Source of the DNA: Curvularia clavata
Taxonomy: Eukaryota
Length of the DNA stretch: 64,000 nucleotides
Assembly (NCBI GenBank): GCA_023920165.1
Contig: CP089274.1
Location: 1,736,001-1,800,000, forward strand
Direction of reading: 5' to 3'
This document shows, piece after piece, positions 12,733 through 25,837 of this stretch. The stretch's first letter is position 1; every line of letters starts with the position of its first letter. The notes under the pieces are model-generated. The model was not told the DNA's origin. It worked only from the letters and a program-made list of their open reading frames with translations, and did no database searches. Both the position numbers and the translations under genes were made by a program.

Positions 12733-15700
12733 TAAATTATACTAAAGTAGAGATTTAAAGACTACTAAGGATCTATTAGCTATAAAAATAACTATCAATA
12801 GTCAATTAAACTCTTTCTAGTTTAAAGACGTTTTCTAGAAAGTTACTACGCTTTTAAAATTTAGAGTTGAAAATAAAATATCTAGTAAACTACTGGCTAT
12901 TGAAGAGAAAAAGAATTTAGAAGAAAATAAGACTAGTTATCTTTAGAATAAGATTAATAGACTAAAAAGATAAATATCATAACGATTCTACTAAAATACT
13001 ATAGCTTTTAAATTTACTTTTTTTTTTCCTAAATTACTATTAACTATTATTAAACTAATTAAAATTCAATTTAGAGGATACTGATTAGTAATTCTAGATC
13101 TACTATATATCAAACTCATAAAATATACTCTTTTTATTGATAATTTTAGTAATAGAACTAAATCTATATTCTACTAATAGTAAATAGTTATAGAAAGCTA
13201 TTTAATGATTAATATAGACTATTATTAGAGTAAACACGTGTATATAGCTTTAGTTTGAAAATATACTATAAATATTAGTAAAAGATATCTAAAACTATAG
13301 TATCTAGCAAGTTTAATAAAAAACTAGTTCTAAGATCCTAAAAATATATACTGACTACTTTTACATTATATTTTATATCTAGTAATAAAACTATACTAAT
13401 TTCCACTACTTACTTATAGATGAAAAAAAACTTTTACTAAATCCAAAATACGATTTATAAATATTACCATTAACAAGATCTATAGTAAAATTAAGAGCAG
13501 TTTTTCTATTTATAGAGAATATTTATCTCTATTTTATATATTTTATATTCAGAATTTAAATACTAGGAGAATAATTTTCTAAATAAAATAATATAATATT
13601 TTACTTTTCTTAATTCTAAGTAAAAAAAGACTTTTTTTAGATAGAGTTTAGAACATATTTTTCAAAATATTTATACTTTACTAATAATAGTCTATATCAA
13701 TAAATACTAAGACTTTGATTAAAATACGTATAGAGATTAATTTAAACTACCTTTAATCTAATTTTATACTGATTTTAATACTTTTATCTTCTTATTAAAG
13801 ATATCTATACTAGATAATAAGCTATGTACTAGTAATTACTATAACTATAGAAAACTTAGATATTATATAAACGAGTACATTATTTTTGAGATTCAAGAAA
13901 TTCAAATAGAGAAAGAAAAATTTGAAAAAGTATATAAATATTTGATAGAAAAAGACTAGATGGAGAACTATTTAATTTAGAAAAACTCTCTATTTTAAGT
14001 ATAAATACATACTATCTAGTTAAAATTAATTTATTCTATTTATTTAGAACAAAACACTTTCTCGTCTCTACTATTCTTTATTTAATAGAGTTTAGTATTA
14101 GCTTATACTTTTTAATTAATACTAGAATTAAAAAACTTTTATCTTTAGATTTTACTATCATCTATACTTTTTTTAGCTTTTTCTAAATCTCTATCTAAGA
14201 TTTTGTTTTGAAAATTTTAGTCAAAAGATCATAGAATTAAGTCTTAACTAGATTAAATAACTTTATTTAGTTATATATTTAAATTAATAGAAGAAGGATT
14301 TATAATTATCTTTTTATAAGTATGAATACAAAAATATAAAACTACCTAATTAGAATTAAATAGTTAAAATATTTTTAGTCTAGATTTAATATAATCTAAA
14401 ACTAAGTTATATAGCAAACTAAGTATTTTCTGAAATATAGTTTTATACTTTCTATTCTTATATAATTAAGATAATTTTTAGTTAATACTGATATAGAATA
14501 GAATATATAGATAGAAGATATACTATAAAAAAAGAAAGACTATTAGAAATGAAAAAATTCTTATAAAGCTTTTATATTTGGCTTTAGCCCTTTATAGAAT
14601 ATGTTATTAAACATTTTATAGATTATATTTCAATATTCAAACTGATAATCATAGCACACCTAGCTCTATAAAGCTAGATTGATATATCATTAACTTTCTT
14701 CTTTATACAAACGATATTAATATTCTATATTTATATTTTTTCAACTTCTACTATCTCTAACTCTACTCTAATAAAATATAGTAACGTCTCTATCTAATAT
14801 TAACTCCTCTTAGACTAAAGTTTTATTTTAAATTTATACTACTTTTTAGTTAGTATCTAGACTATAATAGTCTATTAGATATTATTTATATTATTACAAA
14901 GCTAGTTATAAATAGTTTAACTATGCTATCTTTTTTAGATTTTCTAAATTGGGTTAAATCCAAATTTATATATTTAAAGAGCTTTGTAGCTATTAATAAA
15001 AGTAGCATAAGATATTAATATTTTATATAGTTAAATTTTATTGATCTAGTATTTTTTAGTAAAGTAGAGTAGTTTTTAGCTAATAGATAGCTAAGATATC
15101 TTAGCTAGTTAGAGAGCTATATCTAGAGATCTTAAAAAATATTAATATCTATCCTATCATAGAAGCTAAATATAGCGTTTAGTATAAGAACAACTATAAT
15201 CTTTTATTATCTAGATAGATTAATAGAGTATAATATCATAGTTAGATTATAATTTTAAAAAAGATTATTAGTTATATAAGAGATAGAAATTAGATAGAGA
15301 GTAATATTAATAGATTTACTAGGCTAAAAACTAAGTTTATAAGGGTAGAGTACTTATAAGTAGCTATAAGCTGTTCTGCTACTTTATACTACGTATTTTT
15401 ATTATAACTATAGTTCATTAAGTATAGATATTACTATCTATTATTAGATGTATAATTATATATAGACTAAAACATACTTCAGCTGGAGTAGCTTATTAAG
15501 ATCTGATTAAGAGCTAGATTAGACCTAATAAAGACCTATATCTAGATATAAATAGTAGATATCTTCTATAGATATTTAGTAGATTTTTAATATCTGCTTA
15601 TCAGAGATTTATAAATATTTATTAACTCTAAAATATTTCTATTATTCTATATATATCTATATATATTTGAATAATATTTTCTACTAGAACTAATTTAATT

Positions 15701-16463
15701 AGTTTTACTTATACTATTATATGATATTAAAAAATTTATTTTAGCTAGCAATAGCTTTTGAAATAATATTATAGTTTATGTATTAAGACTATATTCAAGT
15801 CTAAATCTTTTTAGAACTACTTTAGGTATGTTATATAATCATATTCTCTATTTATATATAAATAGAATCTTTTTAAATTTTCTACTGACCAAAACCTTTA
15901 AATTTAGATCTTTTATACTAATTATAGTTATATTAAATCTAGAGAAATTAGATATATTATACTAAAATAAGAATTTAGAAATTACTAAAAATGTATGAGC
16001 TATAAAAATAATTATAAATAGTTAACTAAATTCTATCCAGCTTAAAAAAGCTTTCTAGAAAGTTACTATATCTCTAAAATCTAAAGTTAACAGAGAAAAT
16101 ACTTAGTAAACTACTAGCTATTAAAAAAGAAAAAAATTTAGAAAAGAATAAAACTAGCTTTTTTTAAATAGTGATTAATAGACTGAATAAAAAATCCTAG
16201 AATTATTTTACTAAAATACTATAACTCTAGATTAATTTCATTTCTTCACTAAATTACTACTAACTATCACTAAATGACTAAAACTAAATTTAGAAAATCC
16301 TAGTTAGTAACTCTAGATCTACAATATATTAAACTTGTAGAGTATACTTTTTTTATTAATAATTTTAGTAATAGAATAAAATTTATATTCTACTAATAGT
16401 AAGTATTAATAGAAAACTACTTAATAATCAATATAGACTATTATTAAAGTAGATATATATATA

Positions 16464-16854
16464 TAGACTGGTAAATCGGGTATTTAGCTAGGGCTATCGA
16501 TTATCTTGGCCAATACTAGTCCAAATCAAGTAATTCTGGCGTCATTAGAGAGCTAGCACTCTAGTCTAAATATTACTAATATATTGTTTTAGCTTAACAC
16601 TAATAGTACTAGTGCTAGAGCTAAAAAAGGAGTAAAAATAGGGGTATACCCGACTCATAACCCAGCCCTAGGGCTCACAAACGGGCTATTAAATAACATT
16701 TGAACTAAGCTAGATACGGCTTAGCTTTATACTACATGATAGAATGCGCTAGCTTAGGGCATTAAAATGACGTCAGAATTACTCGATTTGGACTAGTCTT
16801 TGATGAGATATTGATGAAAGAAGAAAAGTGGGTCAATACCCGTTTACCAGTCTA
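16464..16854. mobile_element. MITE-like non-autonomous element (~390 bp), superfamily uncertain
   Basis: Terminal IR tagactggtaaatcgggtatt / aatacccgtttaccagtcta plus an inner IR actagtccaaatc...gcgtcatt / aatgacgtc...gatttggactagt. A partial second copy lies at 36568-36757. Confidence 0.8.
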
Positions 16855-17455
16855 TGCAGACACCACATCAATTACCGCGACGGGCAGCCGTCTAGGAGGC
16901 GCAGACACCACGTAACGCGCGCGAGGTTAAGGCTCAAATTGGTCTTATTTAATAGAGCGTGAGAAATCGCCGTAGGTCTTCTACCAATTCACTTACTAAG
17001 CAGATCGCGCAGTTAAGTAAAGAGGCTTAGCAAACAGCATATAAGATAGTGCTTCTGATAGAGAAAATTACTACTCTTTAAACGGCTCTTAACGAGTTAA
17101 ATAAGTGTAAAAGCCGCAAGCGGCAATACGTATAGACAGAAGAGACTCTTACTATAGGCGAAGTATAAAAAGTATTAGCTAAATAGACGGGTAGCAGTTG
17201 TGGCAATGGTGAGAGTGCTTTGAAGAGGGTGCGAGAAGAGAGGCGGTACGGGCGTTGTAAGCAGACTAGACACAACGCTCGTACCTATACAGTTAAAATA
17301 AATAGTGCAAGTAATAGCAGCGATTCTAATAATTAAATTAGTATATCGTAATAGTTTATTGACTGTAATAAACGACTGTAATAACGTGTCGACGTCGGCG
17401 CGCTAGTGGGGCGTGAGCCGCTCGGTTGGGTGAGTCGCACGCTTGTAAACCACGT
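16855..17455 (+). mobile_element. 3' fragment and right TIR of a Fot1/pogo element (family of 21183-23029)
   Basis: Matches ~22428-23029 and ends ...gcttgtaaaccacgt|TA. Confidence 0.9.
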
Positions 17456-18442
17456 TATATATATATCTCTAGTTTAGAGATATAATATAGATATTACTAA
17501 AAGATATCTAGAACTATAGTATCTAGCTAATTTAGTAGAGAACTAGTTTTAGAATACTGAAAATATAATAGCTATCCTAAAATTACACTTTATATCTAGT
17601 AATAAGTAAGTAGAAAGTTATACTACTTTCTACTACTTATAAATCAACAAGTAACTTTTACTAAATTTAAAATAAAATATATTAATAATTTTATTAAAAA
17701 ATCTATATTAATATTAAAATAGTTTTTCTACTTATAAAAAAAGATTATCTTTTTCTTATATATCTTTGATTCAGAATTTAAATACTAGTAGAATAATTTC
17801 TTTAATAAAAAAATATGATATTTTGATATTTTTAATACTGAATAAAAAAACAACTTTTTTAAATATAATTTAAAATCTATTTCTAAAAAATTTTATACTC
17901 TACTAATAAAGCTTTATATTAGTTAATACTACAACTACTGTCTAGATATTTATAAAATTTAATCTAAACTAGCTCTAATCTAATTTTATACCTTTTTTAA
18001 TATTTCTAGATTCTTTTTAAAGATCTCTATATTAGATAGTAAATTAACTATTAGCAATCACTATAATTATAGAAAACTTAGATATTATATAAATAAGTAT
18101 TCTATTTTATAGATTTAAAGAATCAAAATAGAGAAGAAAAAATTTAAAGAAGTATATAAATATTTATTAGAAGAAGACTAGATAGAAAACTACTAAATTT
18201 AGAAAAACTTTCTATTCTAGATATAAATAAGTATAATTTAGCTAAAATCAATCTAGCTTACTTATTTAGAAAAAAATACTTGCTAGTCTCTACTATTTGT
18301 TATTTAAAAAGGTTTAGTATTAGCGTATATTTTTTAGTCAATAATAGAGTTTAAAAGTTTTTATTTTTAAACTCTATTATCACTTATACTTTTTTTTAGC
18401 TCCTTTTAGATTCCTATTCAAAGATTTTTTTTTAAAATTATA

Positions 18443-20304
18443 ACGTACCTCACGGGTTCGCGGTCCACACGGGTTCGCGGTCTACTTTTGCCAAGACCCC
18501 ACCAAAATACCTACTATCTACAAATATTACAACAACAACAGCAGTTGCAGTCTTCTAGTGAATGTCAAATACAGCTTGCTCTTCAAGCTCTCAAATAGGA
18601 CGCGAATCTCTTAGAACGACGCGCTGCAGCTCTTTATAACGTCTCTCGAACAACACTACGTTAAAAACGCGACAGATAGGATTTATAAGCAGATTGCAGG
18701 CCTAAAACAATAAATCTAACTAAGCTTGAGAAGGAGATAGTTGTTAAGCATATTCTTGATCTTAGTTCACGTGGATTTCTCTCTAGGCTCGCAGATGTGG
18801 CTAATATAGCTAATTTCCTGCGCGCTAAGCGCAATTTGGGCTAGGTTAGCTAAAACTGGCCTAGCACGTTCGTTAGGCGCTGTCTTAAGCTTAAAGTAAA
18901 GTTTAATCGCAAGTATGACTACAAGAGAGCACTCTATAAGAATTCTAAGGCTATTTAAGACTAGTTTAGTCTAGTAGCTAATATAAAAGCTAAGTATAGT
19001 ATCTAAGATGACAACACGTATAACTTTGACAAGACAGGCTTTATAATAGGCCAGATTACCTCTAGAGCAGTTATTACAGCTTTAGAGAGACGTAGATGGC
19101 TAAAGACTATCTAGCCTGGTAATAGAGAGTGGGCGACAGTTATCTAGGGTATTAATGCGACTAGATGGACGATTCCGCCCTTTATTATACTTAAGGCGCG
19201 CCACTATCTCTTAAGCTGGTATAAAGATGGAGATATACTCTAGAACTAGGTTATTAGAGTCTCTAAGAACGGCTAGACGACTAATAAGCTTGGTCTTACG
19301 TAGCTAAAGCACTTTAATAAGCATATAAAGAAGAAGATAGTAGGTATTCACTATCTACTTTTTATTAACAGCTATAAGAGCCACAACTTGCTAAATTTCT
19401 AAAAATACTATAAAGATAATAAAATTATTACTCTTTATATACCTCTACACTCGTCTCACCTTTTACAGCCGCTTGATATAGACTATTTTACCCCTTTAAA
19501 GCAGGCCTATAGACGCCAAGTCGAATCGCTTATACGCACCTAGATCAACTATATCACTAAATAAAAGTTCTTACCTTACTTTAGACGGGCTTTTAACATA
19601 TTATTTATAGCTAGCAATATCTAAAAAGAGTTTTAACGCGCTAAATTAGTTCTATTTAATCTAGAACAGGTTATATCCGCCTTTAATATCTAGTTACGCA
19701 CTCTATCACTCCTATCTATCGATATCTAGCTCTAGCTATCGCAAACTCTAAAGAATACTCTTAAAATAGAGTTACAATTAATACTAGTAAAGTAGAGGAT
19801 TTAGAAGTATCTAGATAGCTTACTAATATCTATAGTAGAGGCTTTTAAAAAGGTCTTAAAAAGGGTAGCTATTATTATATATAAGCTAGTGTTAGTATAA
19901 AAATAGATTAGTAAGCTTAAAGCAGCTAACGTAGCTACTACGTAACGAAAATTATATAAAAGAAAGTAGGTTTAGGTAGAGAGGATCTTAATAGTTAAAA
20001 ATAGGGCGCGCTTAACTGCTCTCTAGGACTTTGGGGTGCGTAGTAATAGAAAGAAGTTAAAAAAGCAGAAGCGCGCTGAAGTGGGTGAACCGTCTCAACG
20101 GCGGTGTAGATAGTGCAATAGGACTAGATATAACGCGCGAACGTATAAGAATAAAGTAGAAGTAGGCTCTAAATAGTATTTTATATTTTTTTATATTAAA
20201 CTAGCTAAGGTTAGGCTGTATTAGGCTATAATATGGTAGTTTTGGTGGGGTCTTGGCAAAAGTGGACCGCGAACCCGTGTGGACCGCGAACCCGTGAGGT
20301 ACGT
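18443..20304 (+). mobile_element. Full-length Fot1/pogo-type DNA transposon (1862 bp), RIP-inactivated
   Basis: TA|acgtacctcacgggttcgcggtccacacgggttcgcgg... TIRs with internal direct repeats; relic YNFD(E)TGF at ~19020; many TAA/TAG stops. Confidence 0.95.
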
Positions 20305-21182
20305 TAATTGAAAGATTTTAGAACTAAATCTAAACTAGAATAGATATTTGTATTTGGTTATATATCTGAATTAATAGAAAAAACTCTTATAATTATCTTT
20401 TTATAATTATAAATTTAGAGACATAGAACTATATAATTAGTATTGAATAGTTAAAATATTTTTAGCTTCAACTTAATATAAACCAGAACTAAATTATATA
20501 GATAGCTAAGTACTTTCTAATATATAATTTTATACTTTCTATTTTTATATAGTTAAAATATTTTTTTTAATACTAATGTAGATAAAATATATAGAGATAA
20601 AATATACTATAGAAAAGAGATAATTACTATAGATAAAATAGTTTTTATAAAACTTTTATATAAAGAATTAAAGAATATTTTAAACTTTCTAAAATTTATT
20701 TACGACTATCTATTTCTGACTCTACTCTAGACTTTATCTAACTAATATCTTTATCTTATATTACTATTATCTTAGTAAATACTTTCTACTATTTTATGAA
20801 ATATAAAGATAATGAACTTTTTTATAATAAATATTTATAAGATTAATTATATTTTAGAAAACTATATATAGATAGATAATCTTAAAAATACTAAACTTAT
20901 TAAGAATCAACTTCTATCTATTTACTATTTATACTGATATCTTTAGTAAAATAGTAGTAGAGCTATTATTTAAATATTACTTCTATAACTATAAAATTAT
21001 ACTAACTAAATCTCTACTAAATTAAATTAGCCTTTTATATAAGTAGAGTACTAAAGAACTTGAAGCTATTAAAATAGTTATAATAGAAAATTTTAGAAAA
21101 GAATATACTAATCTAAGTAAGTATGTTTTTATCTCTTTACCTCTTTATATTTAGAAGCTACATAAAAATATCTATATCTATA

Positions 21183-23029
21183 ACGTGGTTCACAAGCGAG
21201 CGGCTCACCCAACTAAGCAGCTCACGCCCTACTAGCGCGCCAACGTCGACACTACAACGCGTTATATCTCAGCAACGCGATAATTAATTAACTTATTCTA
21301 AATTAGATCTTTAACTTACTCTTTTTAATATCTAATTATAACGTATTTAAAGCTGAAAATATACTGCCTCTTTCTATAACGTATCTTAAAGAACTTTATC
21401 TTACTAACGCGCTAGAAAATGCTTTTAACGCGACTATAAACTAAATTTAAAGTGCCTAAATAAGCTAGAAGAGAAGACTATAGTTAAGTATATTCTTAAA
21501 AAATCTACGCGAGAATTTACGCCTATAAAAGCTAATATTTAAATAATAGCTAATAAACTATTATATAAGTAGAAGAGTAATCTTACTAATAAAAACTAGA
21601 TTAATAACTTTATTAAGCGAACTTTTAAGATCTATACACGCTAGAGCCGTCTCTATAATTACTAGTAAGCTGTCTATAAAAATCTAATAGCTATCTAACG
21701 CTAGTTTAACTTAGTTTAGATAATAAAGTAGAAGTAGAGTATTATAGATAATAATATCTATAATTTTAATAAAACTAGCTTTATAATAGGTAAGATTTTA
21801 TTATAGTTAGTTATTATAGGCTTAGAAGAGTATAGTAAAAAGAAGTAGATATAGCTAGACAACTATAAGTAGATTACTACGATTTAAGACGTAGATGCGT
21901 TAGATTGCTAGATACTATTTTTTATTATCTTTGCAGGTAAGATACTTATTAATATTTAGTTTAAAAATTTATCTACTAACTAGATTCTTAAAATTAGTTC
22001 TAATAGCTAGACAAATAATTAGCTTAGTATTATTTAGTTAAAGTACTTTAATATCTATATAAAGAGGTATACTATAGATAGGTATTAACTACTAATTATT
22101 AACGGCTATAAAAGTTACTATTCTATTAAATTTTAAAATCTTTATAAAGAGAAGAATATTATTCTTCTTTATATGTCTGCGCACTTATCTTATCTATTAT
22201 AGCTTTTTAACGTCGTCTATTTTTTACTGTTAAAGTATAAGTATGACGACGCTATTTTAGGCTTGGTACGTAACTATACTAACTATATTAGTAAGAAGAC
22301 CTTTCTACTAGCTTTTAAAGCGGCTTTTAAGTAGTCTATTACGAAGGAGAATATTTAAACTAGTTTTAGAGGCGCTGGTCTAGTTCTATACAATCTATAG
22401 GCTATACTATTAAAGCTTGATATAGTGGTGTAGACACTATATTAATTACCGCGATAGGTAGCCGTCTAGAAGGCGCAGATACTACGTAATATACATAAAA
22501 TTAAGACTTAAATTAGTCTTATTTAATAGAGTATAAAAAATCGCTGTAGGTCTTCTGCCAATTCACTTACTAAGTAGATCGCGTAGTTAAGTAAAGGGGC
22601 TTAGCAAATAGCATATAAGATAGTACTTCTAATAGAGAAAATTACTACTCTTTAAGCGGCTTTTAACGAGTTAAATAAGCGTAAGAGCTATAAGTGGCGA
22701 TACGTACGGATAGAAGAGACTCTTACTATAGATAAAATATAAGAAGTGTTAGCTAAATAGGCGGGTAGTAGTTATAGCGACGGTGAGAGTGCGTCGAAGA
22801 GGGTGCGAGAAGAGAGACGGTGCGGGCGTTATAAATAGACTAGATATAACGCTCGTACTTATATAGTTAAGATAGATAGTGTAAGTAATAGCGGCAATTC
22901 TAATAATTAAATTAGTATATTATAATAGTTTATTAACTGTAATAAAAGACCGTAATAACGTGTCGACGTTGGCGCGCTGGTGGGGCGTGAGCCGCTCGGT
23001 TGGGTAAGCCGCTCGCTTGTGAACCACGT
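21183..23029 (+). mobile_element. Full-length Fot1/pogo-type DNA transposon (1847 bp), RIP-inactivated
   Basis: TA|acgtggttcacaagcgagcggctcaccc...ccgctcgcttgtgaaccacgt|TA; relic DDE transposase. Confidence 0.95.
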
Positions 23030-23983
23030 TATAGTAAATCTAAAAATAGTTTCAATTAATAATTATTTATAGATCTTTCTAAGACTATACTAATTTAATA
23101 ATTAAATTAACTCTACGTTTATTAAAATCTATATAGTCTAATTCTAAAAAACAAAACTTTTGTATGTAGTTAAATCTATATAAGAGCTAATATCCTTTGA
23201 TCTACTGAAGTAATTAAATTTGTTCTATAAAAAAACTAAATTTTATTTAAGTTAGAGTCAAAATCTCTTCGGGATAGATACTATATTATAAATAGATTTT
23301 TATTCCATTCTAACTATCTATATATATATTTTTTTCTAAATTTACTTTTATGATTTATTTTATATAGAAAGTAAATAATTATATATTTTTAGTATATTTT
23401 AGTATAAAGAAGATCTACTAACTACTATTCTAGAAATACTACTAGAACAGTATGGAATCTATCTATAAAAGATATGTATAGAATTATATAGTTTATAGAA
23501 GGATATATTCTAAATAAACCTAAGTTTTAAAAATGATCTATTCTCCACTAATCTATAATTAGCTAATATAGTATTTATTTATTAACTTTAAATAATTTTT
23601 TTAAATCTAATTTAGATACAATTAATTAGTTATTAAAGTAGGCTATTTCTATCTCTTACTATAAGGCTATTAATAATAAAAAAAATAGCTAATGTATTTA
23701 TTTAATAGATATACTAGTTTAGTTGTATATCTAAAACTATAGTTTCTAACTAAGAACTATAGTTTATTTTAAATTTTTAGTTAGATCTTTACTAGATTCT
23801 AAGTATTAAGATTAAGCTATTAACTACTTACTATAAATAATGAATAATTAGATAGAGATTAAAAATGAATATATTAATTAGAGACTATATTTATTAATAT
23901 TCTACTACTAAGATAACTAGAGTAAACTTCTACTTTTAATTAATTATATTAATATTTTATTACTATATTTTTTAACTAGTATA

Positions 23984-25837
23984 ATGTAGTTTGCAAGCGA
24001 GTCGGCCATACAAGCGAGTCGGCCACCCCACCAACTTATACACCTCTACAGGCGTATAACTCTACCATATTATAATAATATAAATATATATTAATATACT
24101 AGATTAAATAGTATCTAGAGTATCTTTTTTATATATACGTAAGTTATAGCCAGTCTCTCTACACCTAGTACAGCGCGCTAGAGCCTGGCGGCTAACACCT
24201 AATCGCTCTCTACTCTAATACTTCTTATACGCAATCTACTTATCGGCCTTATATTAAGTAAGTATATCTTTACTAGCTCCCTTTATAAGAACTCCACGCT
24301 TCTATATCTACTTTTTCTTATACTTTTAATACTCTAATATTACTATATTAGCTCTTTTAAGGCTAGCAATTCGATCGCGTATTAGCTTAGCTAAGAGTAT
24401 TATCATTTCTACCCTCTTCTTAAGCTAGCTAATTACTATAATAATTAACATTAGTAATAAGCTTTTATACTATTAAACGCGATTACTTATTAGTATTAAT
24501 TAAGCTTTAAGCTCGCGTAGGTTATCTAACGTATAGGCCTGCTAGAGAGCTTCTATAAAAGTAGCTAGAGAAGTAGACATACGCAGCTATATATCAAGCT
24601 TTAAAAGAATAGCTTCTAGCTATAGAAGAATAAGGCCTGCGCCTTAGAAAGCTGAGTAGATATTAGCTAACGTAAAGAATCTATTAAACGCTACCTTAAA
24701 CGCTAGTAGAAACTTAAGCTTAGTAATATAGTTAATATAGTTATATATTAGACTCTCTACCTCACGGCTATACGCGCGCTTTAGCGGCGAGAAATAGCTA
24801 ATATCAAGAGGCTAAAGTAGATAAGATAAGTAGGGTGGCATATAGAGCGTATAAATATTATTCTTCTTATAGAGCTTTTAGAACTTAAGTGACTAGTAGC
24901 TCTTGTAGCTATTAAGAATAAGTAGCTGGCGTATTCTAATAATCTTACTATCTATATATTTAATAAAGTGCTTTAGCTACTTAACTTCTAGCTTATTAGT
25001 TATCTAGCTATTATTACTAACTGCGATCGCCTAGTTGCGTAGAATATCTACCTCTTTATATTAGATAGATAGATAATACTTACTAGTAAAGATTAGAAAT
25101 AGTAGAATAGACTAGCTAGCTATATTAATCTTAGCGATAAATATCACCTACCTGCGACTACCTAGCTAGATAGTCTTTAGCTAAGCTCTTCTTTCTAAAA
25201 CTATAATAATAAGCTAAGTAGTAATCTTATCTATTAAAAAGCCAGCTTTATTAAAGTTATAGACGTTGTCATTATAGATACTATACTTAGCCTTTATCTA
25301 CTCTATAAGCTTAAACTAGCTTTTAATTAAGACTAGATCTTTATATAAAGCTCTCTACCTATTATATACTTAATTAAAACGCGTCGTAAGACTATCTATA
25401 CGCTTAACAAAGTTGCGCGGCTAGTAGACGCCAATCTGGCCAGCGCCGCACGCAGCTAGAAGTCTATTAGCTATATCGCGCATAGCTGCGTAGATAGGCG
25501 AAAATCTATATAGATTAAGATTAAGTATATAGCTAATTATCACCTCCTCTTCTAGCTTAGTAAGCTTCTTTAAGTTAGACTAGCAATCGCGTTAGACAGA
25601 CTTGCCAGCGCATTAGTCATTAAGTATAGATTTTAGAATATTATATACTAATACAGCCTATCTAGAGCTACTTAGCTACTAGCTATAAAAAGAAGAGATA
25701 GTAAGAATAATATTAACTTTATTACGAGATTATAGAGTACGTAGTAGTAGAGCCATTATAGTGTATAGCTTTCAAAGTGCACAAAGTTAATAGGGTGGCT
25801 GACTCACTTGTATGGCCGACTCGCTTGGAAACTACGT
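23984..25837 (-). mobile_element. Full-length Fot1/pogo-type DNA transposon (1854 bp), RIP-inactivated
   Basis: TIRs atgtagtttgcaagcgagtcggcca / tggccgactcgcttggaaactacgt flanked by TA; transposase relic on the minus strand, related to 28551-29371. Confidence 0.93.

Larger units (their letters stand above)
10128..14577 (+). mobile_element. RIP-degenerated, 3'-truncated Gypsy copy (5' LTR 10128-10396, gag, protease), interrupted by Tc1
   Basis: Colinear with 29372-~31725; for example ~13810-13990 corresponds to the gag zinc knuckle and gag-pol junction. Confidence 0.85.

Noticed and set aside
18443..18500. Short direct repeats at element ends as CRISPR-like arrays
   Set aside because: They are paired repeats inside pogo TIRs; the context is eukaryotic, with no spacers or cas genes.
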